A stretch of DNA of 64,000 bases from Tepidisphaera sp. Its GTDB lineage: Bacteria > Planctomycetota > Phycisphaerae > Phycisphaerales > UBA1924. The notes below the pieces were generated by a model. It was not told the DNA's origin. It saw only the letters and a list, made by a program, of their open reading frames with translations, and did not search any database. A program made the translations under genes and the position numbers. Below are positions 48,673 through 58,985 of this stretch, piece by piece (position 1 is the stretch's first letter; each line of letters starts with the position of its first letter). Location: contig CP051526.1 of the NCBI GenBank assembly GCA_050916045.1, forward strand, positions 1,152,001 through 1,216,000, read 5' to 3'.

Positions 48673-49443
48673 TCAGGCCGTCCGGAGGCGGCCGCCGCCG
48701 CTTCGGGTCTGGTCCATATACCGCTGGAGGTTGGGGCCGGGGCAGGCGCTCTTGCCGAGCTCGCGGTGGGTGTAGACGCGGCCGACGGGGATGTTGTAGC
48801 GCTTCATCTGCTGGCTGAGGAAGCTGTCGAGGGAGTTGAGCTGGGAGGTGGAGGGCCGCTGGCGGGTGAAGTCGCCCAGGAGCATGATGCCCAGGTTGTG
48901 CTCGTTGCGGTCGGCGACGTGGGCGCCCTGCCACTTGGTCGAACGGCCTTCCCACACGCGGCCCTGAGGGTCGATGACGTAGTGGTAGCCGATGTCGGCG
49001 AACGGTTCGGGGCGGCGGTTGACGTGGTCGTTGCGGATGCTCGCCAAGCGACGTTTGACGTCGTCGGCGGTGCGGAGGTCGGAGCTGTCGATGGCGGCGT
49101 GGTGGACGGTCATCCGGTTGACGCCGTTCATCGGGTTGCAGCGCGAGGTGATGACCGCGGAGGTCGTCCACGCGGAACGCGGGATGACGCCGGTCACGAC
49201 CGTGCCCGGGTCGGGAGCCGGAGAAGGGGACTGCTGAGGGGGGAGCGGGGAGATCGCGATGGAGGAACGCGAGGGCTTGGCGAGCCCTTCGTCGAAGCGC
49301 GGGCCGAGGGCCGTGCCGCCACCGCCGCCGGCGCAGCCGCCAAGGCCGCTGAGGGCCGCGCCGACACCGCCCAGCAGACCAAGCTGCAGCATCGTGCGAC
49401 GGTCGACTTCGAAGGACGCGACTTCCAAGGTACGGCTCTTCAT
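48673..49443 (-). CDS. N-acetylmuramoyl-L-alanine amidase (Amidase_2/PGRP), probable Tat lipoprotein
   Basis: DRRTML...LGGC; VHH, IGYHY, GAHV, THRE...CPG. Confidence 0.9.
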   Translation of the reverse strand: MKSRTLEVASFEVDRRTMLQLGLLGGVGAALSGLGGCAGGGGGTALGPRFDEGLAKPSRSSIAISPLPPQQSPSPAPDPGTVVTGVIPRSAWTTSAVITSRCNPMNGVNRMTVHHAAIDSSDLRTADDVKRRLASIRNDHVNRRPEPFADIGYHYVIDPQGRVWEGRSTKWQGAHVADRNEHNLGIMLLGDFTRQRPSTSQLNSLDSFLSQQMKRYNIPVGRVYTHRELGKSACPGPNLQRYMDQTRSGGGRLRTA

Positions 49444-49667
49444 GAGGCGAGATCCTACACCCGTCGGACAGCGGCACGCTCGATGCGCAAGGTCACCCCG
49501 GGGACCTTCCTTATCGTCCGTCCAGGGTCGTGTTCTGCACAGATGCGGGCGGAACCGCGGGAGTGGCGTTCCCCTCGGCCGGTGGGGGTCGGAACGCCGC
49601 TCGCAGGAGGGCGTTCGGGGTGGCGGGAGGCCTTTCGAGCCGGCAAGACCGGCGTCGGGTTCGAGGA

Positions 49668-51071
49668 TCAGTCCAGTTCGATGACGTCCCCCCACTTTGG
49701 CAGCTTGGCTTGGGTGCTGAACCGGTCCTGGATACTCTTGGCGAGGGCCTGGCGGGGGGTGGTTTCGCCGTGCGTCAGGATGAAGCGGGGCTGGGCGTTT
49801 CCGGCGGGCTTGATCGCGTCCGCCCAGTCGAGGAGTTCGGACCGTCCGCCGTGGGCGGAGAAGCCGTTGAGGGTGTGGACTTTGGCCCGGACGACGACGG
49901 TCGTCCCCATGATCCGGACGGCGTCGGCCCCCTCGACCAGGCGACGGCCGATGGTGTTGGCGGCTTGGAACCCGACGATGAGGATGTGGACGCCCTTCCG
50001 CCAGAGGTTGTGCTTGAGGTGGTGCAGGATGCGGCCGCCGGTGCACATGCCGCTTGGGGCGATGATGACGCCGGCCCCGAAGCTGCCGTTGAGGCGGCGG
50101 CTTTCGTCGGCGCTTTCGATGATCTCAAGGCCTTCGAGGTCGAAGATCCCGTGTCCGGGTCGAGTGGCGGAGGTGGCTTCCTGATCGTAAAGCTCTTGGT
50201 GCTGGCGGTAGACCTGGAACGCCTTGGCGGCCATGGGGCTGTCGACGTAGACGGGAAAGACGGGGACGCGCTCGGTGTGGCGCATTTTGTGGAGGTGGTA
50301 GATGAGCTGTTGGCAGCGGCCGACGGCGAACGCGGGGACGATGACCTTTTCCTTGTCCCAGATGGCTTCCTTGACGAGGCTTGTGAACTGGTCGACCGTC
50401 TCGTCCATGGAGCGGTGGTCGCGGTCGCCGTAGGTGGACTCCATGACGATGTGGTCGGCGCGGGGCGGAGCCTGCGGATCGCGGAGGATCGCCGAGCCCT
50501 TGTGGCCGATGTCGCCGGACATGACGAGCACGGTCGTCTTGCCCTTCTCGGTGACCGTGATCTCAATCGACGCCGAGCCGAGCATGTGGCCGGCGTCGAA
50601 CCAGCGGGCGCGGACGCCCGGAGCGACCTCGACCGAGTTGCCGTACTTCACCGGCTTGAAGAATGTGAGCACGCGCTCGGCGTCCTCGACGGTGTAGAGC
50701 GGTGAGATCGCGGGACGGCCTTCCTGCGCGAGGCGGCGGTTGATACGCTCCGCGTCGCTGACCTGAAGCCGGGCCGAATCGCGGAGCATGATCCCCGCGA
50801 GGTCGCACGTCGCTTCCGTCGCGTAGATCGGGCCGCCGAATCCCATGCCCGGGAGGAGCGGCATGCGGCCGACGTGGTCGATGTGGGCGTGCGTGAGGAG
50901 CACACAATTGAGGCTTGATCCCGGGAAGGGGAGCGGGCGGAAATTGCGCTGGTACTCCTCGCGGCCGCCCTGGTGCATGCCGAAGTCGATCAGCACGCGG
51001 GCGCGGTCGGTTTGGAGCAGGTAGCAGGATCCGGTAACTTCTCCCGCGGCTCCGTAAAAGGTCAGATTCAT
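49668..51071 (-). CDS. MBL-fold beta-CASP metallohydrolase (YSH1-like ribonuclease)
   Basis: GAAGEVTGS, THAHIDH, AGHMLGS, MESTYG, FSAH, HGE. Confidence 0.93.
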   Translation of the reverse strand: MNLTFYGAAGEVTGSCYLLQTDRARVLIDFGMHQGGREEYQRNFRPLPFPGSSLNCVLLTHAHIDHVGRMPLLPGMGFGGPIYATEATCDLAGIMLRDSARLQVSDAERINRRLAQEGRPAISPLYTVEDAERVLTFFKPVKYGNSVEVAPGVRARWFDAGHMLGSASIEITVTEKGKTTVLVMSGDIGHKGSAILRDPQAPPRADHIVMESTYGDRDHRSMDETVDQFTSLVKEAIWDKEKVIVPAFAVGRCQQLIYHLHKMRHTERVPVFPVYVDSPMAAKAFQVYRQHQELYDQEATSATRPGHGIFDLEGLEIIESADESRRLNGSFGAGVIIAPSGMCTGGRILHHLKHNLWRKGVHILIVGFQAANTIGRRLVEGADAVRIMGTTVVVRAKVHTLNGFSAHGGRSELLDWADAIKPAGNAQPRFILTHGETTPRQALAKSIQDRFSTQAKLPKWGDVIELD

Positions 51072-51147
51072 GGCCGCAGTGTAATCACAACGCCCGCGAA
51101 CCGTGAGCGGGCTCGACGCGGGCGTCAGAATCCGATAGACTCCGCCC

Positions 51148-51624
51148 ATGAACGCCGCCGGCCATCCAAGTTCGCGCCAAGACGGACGCGCTGCGCCGGC
51201 GCATGTCGCGGGTGTCGTGCTGGGGCCGGGGATCGCGGTGCCGCAGGATCGCCTTGAGTTCACCTTCGTGTCGAGCTCGGGGCCCGGCGGGCAGAACGTC
51301 AACAAGCGTGCGACCAAGTGCCAGCTTCGCGTGCGCGTGGCTGATCTGGGCCTTTCCCACGAGCAGACCGAGCGTCTGACCGCGATGGCGGGGTCGCTGA
51401 TCACGACCGAAAGCGAGCTGATTCTCTCGTGCGACGCGTTCCGTTCTCAGGAGCGGAACAAGTCCGAGGTGGTGGAGAAACTTCGCGAGATCGTGCTTCG
51501 TGCGCTCGTTCGGCCCAAGCGTCGCGTTGCGACCAAGCCGTCACGCGGGGCTCGCGAGCGCCGGCTGACCGAGAAGAAGGTCACGGGCGAGCGCAAGCGT
51601 CTCCGTCGCGATTCGGGCGAATAA
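51148..51624 (+). CDS. arfB: Alternative ribosome rescue factor ArfB
   Basis: SSGPGGQNVNK, RSQERN, basic C-terminal tail. Confidence 0.93.
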   Translation: MNAAGHPSSRQDGRAAPAHVAGVVLGPGIAVPQDRLEFTFVSSSGPGGQNVNKRATKCQLRVRVADLGLSHEQTERLTAMAGSLITTESELILSCDAFRSQERNKSEVVEKLREIVLRALVRPKRRVATKPSRGARERRLTEKKVTGERKRLRRDSGE

Positions 51625-51732
51625 CCGCTTCGGGGATATCACCGGGTCCGTGAATCCGCGGGCTTGGCGCGATCGGCGCGAAACTCGCGGGGATTGTCGA
51701 CCGCACGCGGCGATCGGGCCGATACCCCTGAT

Positions 51733-52005
51733 ATGAGCGTTTTCGGGACCAATCCCGTTCACGGTCTCGCGGCTTCGGGGGCGGTGCATCAGCAAGCCGC
51801 CAAGGACGCCGAGAAGAAGTCACCCGCGGGTGGGGACACGCCACGAACCGTCAACCGGCTTGACGACAGCGTCGAGTTCGAAGACGCCACCAAGCACGCG
51901 ACGTCGGACGATGGAGGCAAGCGGCGCAGGCAGCACCACGAACAGCAGCGGGAACAGCAAGCCAAGAAAAAGCCCGGCGAAACCGGGCTTGATGTGCAGG
52001 GCTGA
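51733..52005 (+). CDS. Small hypothetical protein
   Basis: 90-aa ORF with host-like codon usage, ending LDVQG. Confidence 0.55.
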   Translation: MSVFGTNPVHGLAASGAVHQQAAKDAEKKSPAGGDTPRTVNRLDDSVEFEDATKHATSDDGGKRRRQHHEQQREQQAKKKPGETGLDVQG

Positions 52006-52040
52006 GGTTGCGTGAGTGCCGGCCGGCACCGGTCGGCCAA

Positions 52041-52823
52041 TCAGGCGCCGATGAGGTTCACGCCGCAGTCGACGTAGATCGTCTCGCCGGTGACGCCCGA
52101 GGAAAGGTCGCTGAGCAGGTAGACGGCGGTCTTGCCGACATCCGAGCCCTCGACGTTGCGGCGGAGGGGGGCGCGTTCCATGTTCCGCTGGGCCATCGTG
52201 TCGGTGCCCTGGACGGCGGAGGAGGCAAGCGTGCGGAGGTAGCCACCGCTGACGGCGTTGACGCGGATCTTGTCGCCGCCGAGTTCGGCCGCGAGGTAAC
52301 GCGTCGAAGCTTCTAGAGCGGCTTTGGCGACGCCCATGACGTTGTAGCCGGGGACGACCTTTTCAGCCCCGTAGTAGCTCATGCAGATGATGGAGCCGCC
52401 ATCGGTCATCATCGGGCGGGCCCGCTTGGCCATCGCGACGAGGGTGTACGCGGAGATGTCGATCGCGGAGAGGTAGGCCGCGCGGGGGGTTTCCACGAAC
52501 TTGCCGTGCTGGAGCCATTCGGTCTCGGCGAAAGCGATGGAGTGGACGAGGAAGTCCATCTTGCCGCCGAAAGCCTTTCCGTAGGTCGCGAACGCTTCGT
52601 CCATCTCGGCGTCGCTGCCGGCGTTGAGGGGGATCATGATGGGGTCGGCGATGCCGAGGGCGTCAACGGCCCGGCGGGTGCGACGCTCGTTCTTTTCGCC
52701 GGGGAGGTGGGTGAACGCCATCCGGGCCCCCTCTTTCTTCAGGGCTTCCGCGATGAAGTAGGCGTAAGAGCGATCGTTGGCGATCCCGACGATGAGCCCG
52801 ACCTTGCCGTCCATGAGACCCAT
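52041..52823 (-). CDS. fabI: Enoyl-ACP reductase
   Basis: GIANDRS, HSIAFA, YNVMGVAKAALE, RTLAS. Confidence 0.95.
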   Translation of the reverse strand: MGLMDGKVGLIVGIANDRSYAYFIAEALKKEGARMAFTHLPGEKNERRTRRAVDALGIADPIMIPLNAGSDAEMDEAFATYGKAFGGKMDFLVHSIAFAETEWLQHGKFVETPRAAYLSAIDISAYTLVAMAKRARPMMTDGGSIICMSYYGAEKVVPGYNVMGVAKAALEASTRYLAAELGGDKIRVNAVSGGYLRTLASSAVQGTDTMAQRNMERAPLRRNVEGSDVGKTAVYLLSDLSSGVTGETIYVDCGVNLIGA

Positions 52824-52891
52824 ACAGACTCCTTTGGCGATGATAGGGAGGCGAGGTGCGGCTCCCCGAAGCACTGTACACTGCCGGATCT

Positions 52892-53803
52892 GTGATAGAC
52901 CTGCCTGCCATGTATGCCGCCGCGGCCGAAACGGGACTTGTTCGGCGTCTCCTGGAGCTCGCTCGGGACGAGGATCTCGGCGCGGCCGGTGACCTCACGA
53001 GTCAAGCGACGATCCCGGCGGATGCGGTCGGTCGGTACGCCGTCATGCCGCGCAAGCCAGCGGTGCTTTCGGGCCTCGCGGTCATTCCTGACCTGATCCC
53101 GATTTTCGCGCCCGGGGTGCGAGCGACGCTTCACGCCGAAGATGGGCGGCGGGTGGCGGCGATGCGGCCGGTAGCGACACTCGAGGGCCCGGTGCGCGAG
53201 ATTCTTGCGATGGAGCGGACGCTCTTGAACCTTGTCTGCCGGATGAGCGGGATCGCGACGCGGACGGCGACGTTCATCGAAGCGATGGGCCCTCGGAAGG
53301 ACGGCAAGCCGCAGCTTTGCGACACGCGGAAGACGACGCCGGGCCTGCGAGTATTGGAGAAGTACGCGGTGCGGTGCGGGGGCGGTCAGAGTCACCGGAT
53401 GGGGCTTTACGATGCGGTGCTGATCAAGGACAATCACCTGGCGGGGGTGGCCGCGGCGGACTTTCCGGGCGCGGTCGCGGGAGCGATCGCCCGGGTGCGG
53501 GCGAGCGGGGCGACGGCGAAGTTCGTGCAGGTCGAGGTCGATTCGATGGAGCAGTTCCGGGCGATCCTCGCGAAGCCGCCGGAGGGGCTGGGGATGGTGC
53601 TTCTGGACAACATGGATTCGGGAACTTTGGCGGAAGCGGTGCGTCTGAGGGACGCGTCGGGAAGTCGCCTCATTTTGGAGGCTTCGGGCGGGGTTTCGCT
53701 CGAAACGATCCGGGGCATCGCCGACAGTGGGGTGGACCGTGTGAGCGTGGGGAGCCTGACGCACGGAGCGGTTTCGATCGACTTTGGACTGGATGCGTGC
53801 TGA
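52892..53803 (+). CDS. nadC: Quinolinate phosphoribosyltransferase
   Basis: EDL...GDLTS, DTRKTTPGLR, HRMGL.D.VLIKDNH, EASGG. Confidence 0.95.
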   Translation: MIDLPAMYAAAAETGLVRRLLELARDEDLGAAGDLTSQATIPADAVGRYAVMPRKPAVLSGLAVIPDLIPIFAPGVRATLHAEDGRRVAAMRPVATLEGPVREILAMERTLLNLVCRMSGIATRTATFIEAMGPRKDGKPQLCDTRKTTPGLRVLEKYAVRCGGGQSHRMGLYDAVLIKDNHLAGVAAADFPGAVAGAIARVRASGATAKFVQVEVDSMEQFRAILAKPPEGLGMVLLDNMDSGTLAEAVRLRDASGSRLILEASGGVSLETIRGIADSGVDRVSVGSLTHGAVSIDFGLDAC

Positions 53804-54634
53804 ATGACCACGGATGCGACACTTCGAGCATGGGGGCGGTACGTCGCGGCGCTGCCGACGATGTTCCCGTGGATCCGTCATGGCGTGGCGCTCGAACGGT
53901 GTGCTTCGACGCAGGATGAGTGCGAACGGCTGACTCGCGAACTCGCTGCGGGCCATCCGGGCGTGGTGGTGACGGCGATGCATCAGACGGCGGCCCGCGG
54001 GCGGCTTGGCCGGGTGTGGGAGCAGGGTGGGGATGCGGGGCTTGCGGTGACGATCGGGCTGGATGCGGCGCGGTACTCGGCGGCTTTGCTTTCGCTGGCG
54101 GGGGGGATCGCGGCGTGCCAAGCAGTGCGGACGTGGGTGGTGGGGTCGGCGGCGGAGACGGTGGGGATCAAGTGGCCGAACGACGTGGTGGCGCGGAGCC
54201 CGGCGACGGGGGACTTCGTCAAACTCGGCGGCGTGCTGGCGGAGGTGAAGGGCGGGAGCGGCGGGCTCGCTCTGCTTGGGATCGGGATCAACGTCGGGCA
54301 TCGCGAGGAATCGTTCCCGCCGGAGCTTGCGGGGCGAGCGGCTTCGATCGAGATGCTCTCGTCGTCATCGGAGACTGTCTCGCGGCTTGATGTGCTGGGG
54401 ACGCTTCTGACTGAGCTTGATCGGTTGCTCGCGGCGGCGCCGGAAGCGGTGGCGGAGCGATGGAAGCGTCACGATGTTCTGGTGGGGACGCAGCAGACGT
54501 TCGAGACGGGCGGCAAGCGGATGCATGGTCTGGTGCGGCGGATCGAGCCGGCGACGGAGATCGTGGTGGAAGCCGACGGCCGACTCCACAACCTGCCGGC
54601 GGCGACGACGACGCTGGTGAAGGTGGAGCGGTGA
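53804..54634 (+). CDS. birA: Biotin-protein ligase (no HTH)
   Basis: STQD, QTAARGRLGRVW, KWPND, KLGGVL, GIGIN. Confidence 0.9.
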   Translation: MTTDATLRAWGRYVAALPTMFPWIRHGVALERCASTQDECERLTRELAAGHPGVVVTAMHQTAARGRLGRVWEQGGDAGLAVTIGLDAARYSAALLSLAGGIAACQAVRTWVVGSAAETVGIKWPNDVVARSPATGDFVKLGGVLAEVKGGSGGLALLGIGINVGHREESFPPELAGRAASIEMLSSSSETVSRLDVLGTLLTELDRLLAAAPEAVAERWKRHDVLVGTQQTFETGGKRMHGLVRRIEPATEIVVEADGRLHNLPAATTTLVKVER

Positions 54635-54719
54635 GAGAATGTTGTGCGAAGTTGATGAGTTTGAGGTGTGGTGGGTCGTGACGCGGTGGAGGAAGCCGCG
54701 CGCTTGAGCGAGAGGGATT

Positions 54720-55229
54720 TCAGTAAGGCTGGCCAGATGTCTTCATCTGGAGCGAGAGCCACTGGACGAAGTGCTCGGCGGTTCTCCCGCCCTTGACTCC
54801 CCCTCGCTGGTACGTGAAATGCACGATCGGGTACTTTCCGGGTGGCGCGTCCTTCGTGTCGAACGCGTCATAGCCGCCGTCCCCTCCGCACTTCCGGAGA
54901 ATGACGAAACGCGAGGAGAGGCCGTCCTTTCGCCGTGACAGTGTCGCGTCGACGATGTCGTGGGCGACTGGGTGCCAGTGGCCGTTGGGTGCGATGCGGA
55001 GCACTTGGAACGGGAGCGAAAGATCGTGGGTGAGGTGCAAGAAGCGGAGGTAGTCGGTCGGAAGCTTCACACCCAGTGCTTGTTCCGCGGCTTGAGTTTG
55101 AATCTCGGTGGGAGGGGCGTAGATGCGATCGCGGGGGAACCTTCCCTGCAACTCCGCGCACAGGTGCTCGATCGTCAGGATGCCGCTCGACTTGGGTGTC
55201 GGCTGCGTAGCGGGGCTGTCATCTGGCAT
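54720..55229 (-). CDS. SMI1/KNR4 (SUKH) family protein
   Basis: AEQALGVKLPTDYLRFL and C-terminal F..WL. Confidence 0.7.
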   Translation of the reverse strand: MPDDSPATQPTPKSSGILTIEHLCAELQGRFPRDRIYAPPTEIQTQAAEQALGVKLPTDYLRFLHLTHDLSLPFQVLRIAPNGHWHPVAHDIVDATLSRRKDGLSSRFVILRKCGGDGGYDAFDTKDAPPGKYPIVHFTYQRGGVKGGRTAEHFVQWLSLQMKTSGQPY

Positions 55230-55356
55230 TCGCAGAGCCTTTCCGGATGGTGGACGGAGGGCGGAGGCCGGCGCGGAGGGTGCGAAGATGTCGAGTTCGT
55301 CGTCTGCCGGGGAGGTGGGGTGAGGAGAAACCGCGTCGTGACAGTCGGGGCTCTTT

Positions 55357-57381
55357 TCACCCCTGCCGGTTGAAGTATTCCATCTCGAGCGGTTCAAGCT
55401 CGTCGGCGAGCTTTTTGCGGTCGGCGCCGAGCTTGTTCATCTTGGCGTTGTCGTGCCAGTGGTCGCCGGAGTTGAGTTCCTTGTCGATCTTGGCGATCTG
55501 GGCTTCGATCTCGGCGATGCGTTTCTCGATCTGGTCGGTTTTCATCTTGCCGATCTTGTCGGCGAGTTTGGCGAGGTCGGGGTTGGCTTTGGCCCGTTGG
55601 GCGGCGCGTTCCTTCTCGGCTTGTTTCTTCTCTTCCTCGGCTTTGCGGGCGCGGGAAGCGTCGCGGTCGCGGCGTTCCTTTTCGGCTGCGGCTTCCTTGG
55701 CTTCGGCGGATTTTTCGGCGTCGTCCTTTTCCTTCCACTCGGTGTAGCCGCCGTGGAAGACCTTGGCGTTTCCCTGGCCGTCGAGGATGATCATGTGGTC
55801 GCAGGTGGAGTCGAGCAGGGCTCGATCGTGCGAGATGAGGATCATCGAGCCGTTGTACCCGTCGCGCTCGGTCTCGCCGGGCGTGAGGGCCATTTCGAGG
55901 CGTTCGGCCGAGGGGATGTCGAGGTGGTTCGTCGGTTCGTCGAGGACGAGGAGGTTTTTGGCGGAGGCGAGCAGGCCGGCGAGGACGGCGCGGGCGCGCT
56001 CACCGCCGGAGAGGGAGCCCATCTCGCGGTCCTGGTCGCTGCCGGAGATGAGGAAAGCGCCGGCGAGGTCGCGGGCTTCCTGCTCGCTGTACTGGACGCC
56101 GACGACTTCCTTTTTGATGATGTCCTGGATGTAGCGGTAGACCTGTTTGGCGCCGTCGATGTGCTCGTGGGTCTGCTTGAAGTGCCCGACGGTGACGCGG
56201 GAGCCGATCTGGACCTTTCCTTCGTCAGGGGCGATCTCTCCGAGGAGGACGCGGACGAGGGTGGTCTTTCCGGCGCCGTTGGGTCCGAGGATTCCCCAGC
56301 GTTCGCCGCGGGAGATCTGGAGGTCGAGGTTCTTGAAGAGGGTCTTCATGGACCCGTCCTCGGCTTTGTACTGCTTGGAGATGCCGCGGGCGCTGATGAC
56401 GATGTCGCCGGAGCGTTCGGCGCGGGGGAGGTTGAGCTTGAACGCTTCCATCTCGACGGGGCGTTCGAGGGAGGTCTGTTCGATGGCGCGGGTGAGCTTG
56501 GACTGGCGGCCGCGGGCCTGGCGGGCGCGCTGGCCGGCTTTGTACTTGAGAATGAAGGCTTTTTCCTTGCGGAAGGTGTCCTGCTGGTTCTCGAATGCCC
56601 GGAGCTGGGTGAGGCGGCGCTGGGAGCGGATCTCGCGGAAGTCGGCGTAGTTGCCGGGATATTCGATCAGGCGGCCGCGCTCGATCTCGACGATGGAGTC
56701 GACGACGTTGTCGAGGAGGTAGCGGTCGTGCGAGATGATGAGCACCGCGCCCTTGAACTCGTCGACGAGGTAGTGCTCAAGCCAGAGGCGGCCCTCGATG
56801 TCGAGGTGGTTGGTGGGTTCGTCCAGGAGCAGCACGTCGGGGGCTTGGAGGAGGAGCTTGGCGAGAGCGACGCGGCCTTTCTGCCCGCCGGAGAGGCCGC
56901 GGACGGGGATGGAGAATTGAGCGTCGGTGAAGCCCAAGCCGTGGAGGACCTCGTCGATCTTGTGGTCGACGGCGTATCCGCCGGCTTGCTCCATCTCGGC
57001 TTCGAGCGTCGACTGCTTTTTCATGAGCTTGTCGAGTTCATCGCCCTGAGCGGTTTCCATTTTGTGGAAGACATCGTCAAGCTGCTTGTGGAGGTCGTGG
57101 AGCTTTTCGAAAGCGGCTTCGGCGGCGCCGCGGAGGGTGTCCTCGGGGTCGAGCTTGTGGTCCTGGTGGAGGTATCCGGCGGTCATGCCGCGCTGGAGGG
57201 AGACCTCGCCGTCGTCGGGCTTGATGAGGCCGGCGAGGATTTTGAGGAAGGTGGACTTTCCGCAGCCGTTTCGACCGACGATGCCGATGCGTTCGCCGGG
57301 TTCGAGGTTGAGGGAGACGCCGTCGAGAATCTGTCGGTGTCCGTAGGTGTGAGCGATGTTGGTGGACGAGATCAGGGGCAT
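55357..57381 (-). CDS. ABC-F family ATPase (Uup-like)
   Basis: Two ABC domains (GRNGCGKS, GPNGAGKT; LSGG; DEPTNHLD twice), no TM, C-terminal coiled coil. Confidence 0.95.
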   Translation of the reverse strand: MPLISSTNIAHTYGHRQILDGVSLNLEPGERIGIVGRNGCGKSTFLKILAGLIKPDDGEVSLQRGMTAGYLHQDHKLDPEDTLRGAAEAAFEKLHDLHKQLDDVFHKMETAQGDELDKLMKKQSTLEAEMEQAGGYAVDHKIDEVLHGLGFTDAQFSIPVRGLSGGQKGRVALAKLLLQAPDVLLLDEPTNHLDIEGRLWLEHYLVDEFKGAVLIISHDRYLLDNVVDSIVEIERGRLIEYPGNYADFREIRSQRRLTQLRAFENQQDTFRKEKAFILKYKAGQRARQARGRQSKLTRAIEQTSLERPVEMEAFKLNLPRAERSGDIVISARGISKQYKAEDGSMKTLFKNLDLQISRGERWGILGPNGAGKTTLVRVLLGEIAPDEGKVQIGSRVTVGHFKQTHEHIDGAKQVYRYIQDIIKKEVVGVQYSEQEARDLAGAFLISGSDQDREMGSLSGGERARAVLAGLLASAKNLLVLDEPTNHLDIPSAERLEMALTPGETERDGYNGSMILISHDRALLDSTCDHMIILDGQGNAKVFHGGYTEWKEKDDAEKSAEAKEAAAEKERRDRDASRARKAEEEKKQAEKERAAQRAKANPDLAKLADKIGKMKTDQIEKRIAEIEAQIAKIDKELNSGDHWHDNAKMNKLGADRKKLADELEPLEMEYFNRQG

Positions 57382-57529
57382 TGCGGTTCCGGTTGGTTCG
57401 ATGTCCGTGAGGGATCCGGATAGTAGGGAAGGGAGGGGGTGGGTTACAGCGAGAATTGGAGGTCGGATCGTGCAACCGAACAACCGCCGTCGGGCTACAT
57501 TGGCGGGCGGGCGGGGTTCTTAAGGAGCG

Positions 57530-58915
57530 GTGATGCGAAGCACGCGAGGCGGTCGGGGTGGTGTCTGGCGGTGGGTCGGTTCGGGTATGGTGGTGGCGGC
57601 TTCGATGCTGGCGGGGTGTTCCGGGGGCCCGGCACCGGTGGAGCGGACGCCGCTCACGGTCGAGCAACGGAATCTGAACGTGGAGTCGTTCGACCAGGTC
57701 TGGACGACGATCCGCGATGAGCACTTTGACCCGACCTTGGGCGGGCTGGACTGGAACGCGGTGAAAGCGGAGCTTCGCCCGAAGGTTGAGACGGCCGGAT
57801 CGATGGAGGCGGCACGTGAGGCGATGTCGGCGATGATCGCCAGGCTCGGGCAGTCGCACTTTGGCATCATTCCCGCCGCGGCGTATGACGAGGTGGAGGG
57901 GGACAAGCCTGCCGACAAGAAGGATGACAAGACGTTGGCCGGCGACGGCGCCTCGGGCGTCCACTTCCGCGCCGTCAACGATCAGGCGGTTGTGCTTCGC
58001 GTGGACTCCGGGTCGGCGGCGGAGAGGGCGGGCGTGAAGCCCGGCTGGATCCTCGACGGTGCCGAGCGGACGCTCACGGCGATCAAGAAGGCGTATGGCG
58101 ACACCGTCAAGGGCAGGACGATGGCCGCGCGGGCTCTGGATAACAGGCTGAGCGGGGGCGTGGGCGAGGTGATTAACCCGACGTTCATCGACGATAAGGA
58201 CCGCAAGGTGACCTTGCCCATCACACTGGGTGCGCCCGCGGGCAAGCCGACGACGCTTGGCAATCTGCCCACGATGTACGTGACCTTCGACTCGCGGCGG
58301 ATCGCGGACACGAGCGCCGCCGGCCGCGATGTGGGGTACTTCACCTTTTCTGCGTTCCTCGACCCGGCCCGGATCATGCCGAAGATCGTCGAAGCGGTCG
58401 CGTCTTTCGGCGACTGCGCCGGGATCGTGATCGATCTTCGCGGGAATCCCGGCGGCATTGGCGCGATGGCGACCGGCGTCGCGGGGCGGTTCATCGGCGA
58501 GCAGGTCACGCTGGGCGAGATGAACATGCGTGATTCGAACTTCAAGTTCATCGTTTTCCCGCAGGCCCGGCGTTTTGAGGGGCCGGTCGCGATCATCGTC
58601 GATGAGACCTCGGCTTCCACGTCCGAGATTTTCGCGGGCGGGATGAAGGATCTGGGCCGCGCTCGTGTCTTCGGGACGCCGTCGGCTGGGCAGGCGCTTC
58701 CCTCGACGATCGTGCGCCTTCCCAACGGCGACGGGTTTCAGTACGCGTTCGCGAACTACGTTTCGGCGGGCGGGAAAGCTCTTGAGGGCGACGGCGTGAC
58801 GCCCGACACGATCGCGCCGCCGGAGCGGTCGCGGCTCCTGGCCGGCGGCGATCCCGCTCTGGACGCGGCGGTCGCTTGGATCCGCGAGCAACAGGCCAAG
58901 GTTTCCCTGCAATAA
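57530..58915 (+). CDS. S41 family peptidase, lipoprotein
   Basis: LAGC lipobox, DLRGNPGG, SASTSEIFAGG, EGDGV.PD. Confidence 0.9.
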   Translation: MMRSTRGGRGGVWRWVGSGMVVAASMLAGCSGGPAPVERTPLTVEQRNLNVESFDQVWTTIRDEHFDPTLGGLDWNAVKAELRPKVETAGSMEAAREAMSAMIARLGQSHFGIIPAAAYDEVEGDKPADKKDDKTLAGDGASGVHFRAVNDQAVVLRVDSGSAAERAGVKPGWILDGAERTLTAIKKAYGDTVKGRTMAARALDNRLSGGVGEVINPTFIDDKDRKVTLPITLGAPAGKPTTLGNLPTMYVTFDSRRIADTSAAGRDVGYFTFSAFLDPARIMPKIVEAVASFGDCAGIVIDLRGNPGGIGAMATGVAGRFIGEQVTLGEMNMRDSNFKFIVFPQARRFEGPVAIIVDETSASTSEIFAGGMKDLGRARVFGTPSAGQALPSTIVRLPNGDGFQYAFANYVSAGGKALEGDGVTPDTIAPPERSRLLAGGDPALDAAVAWIREQQAKVSLQ

Positions 58916-58985
58916 TCGATCGGTTCTGCGTGAACGCCAAGAAGGGCGTTCTGATTCGGCACACCCTCCAGAAGGAGCTCTTTGA

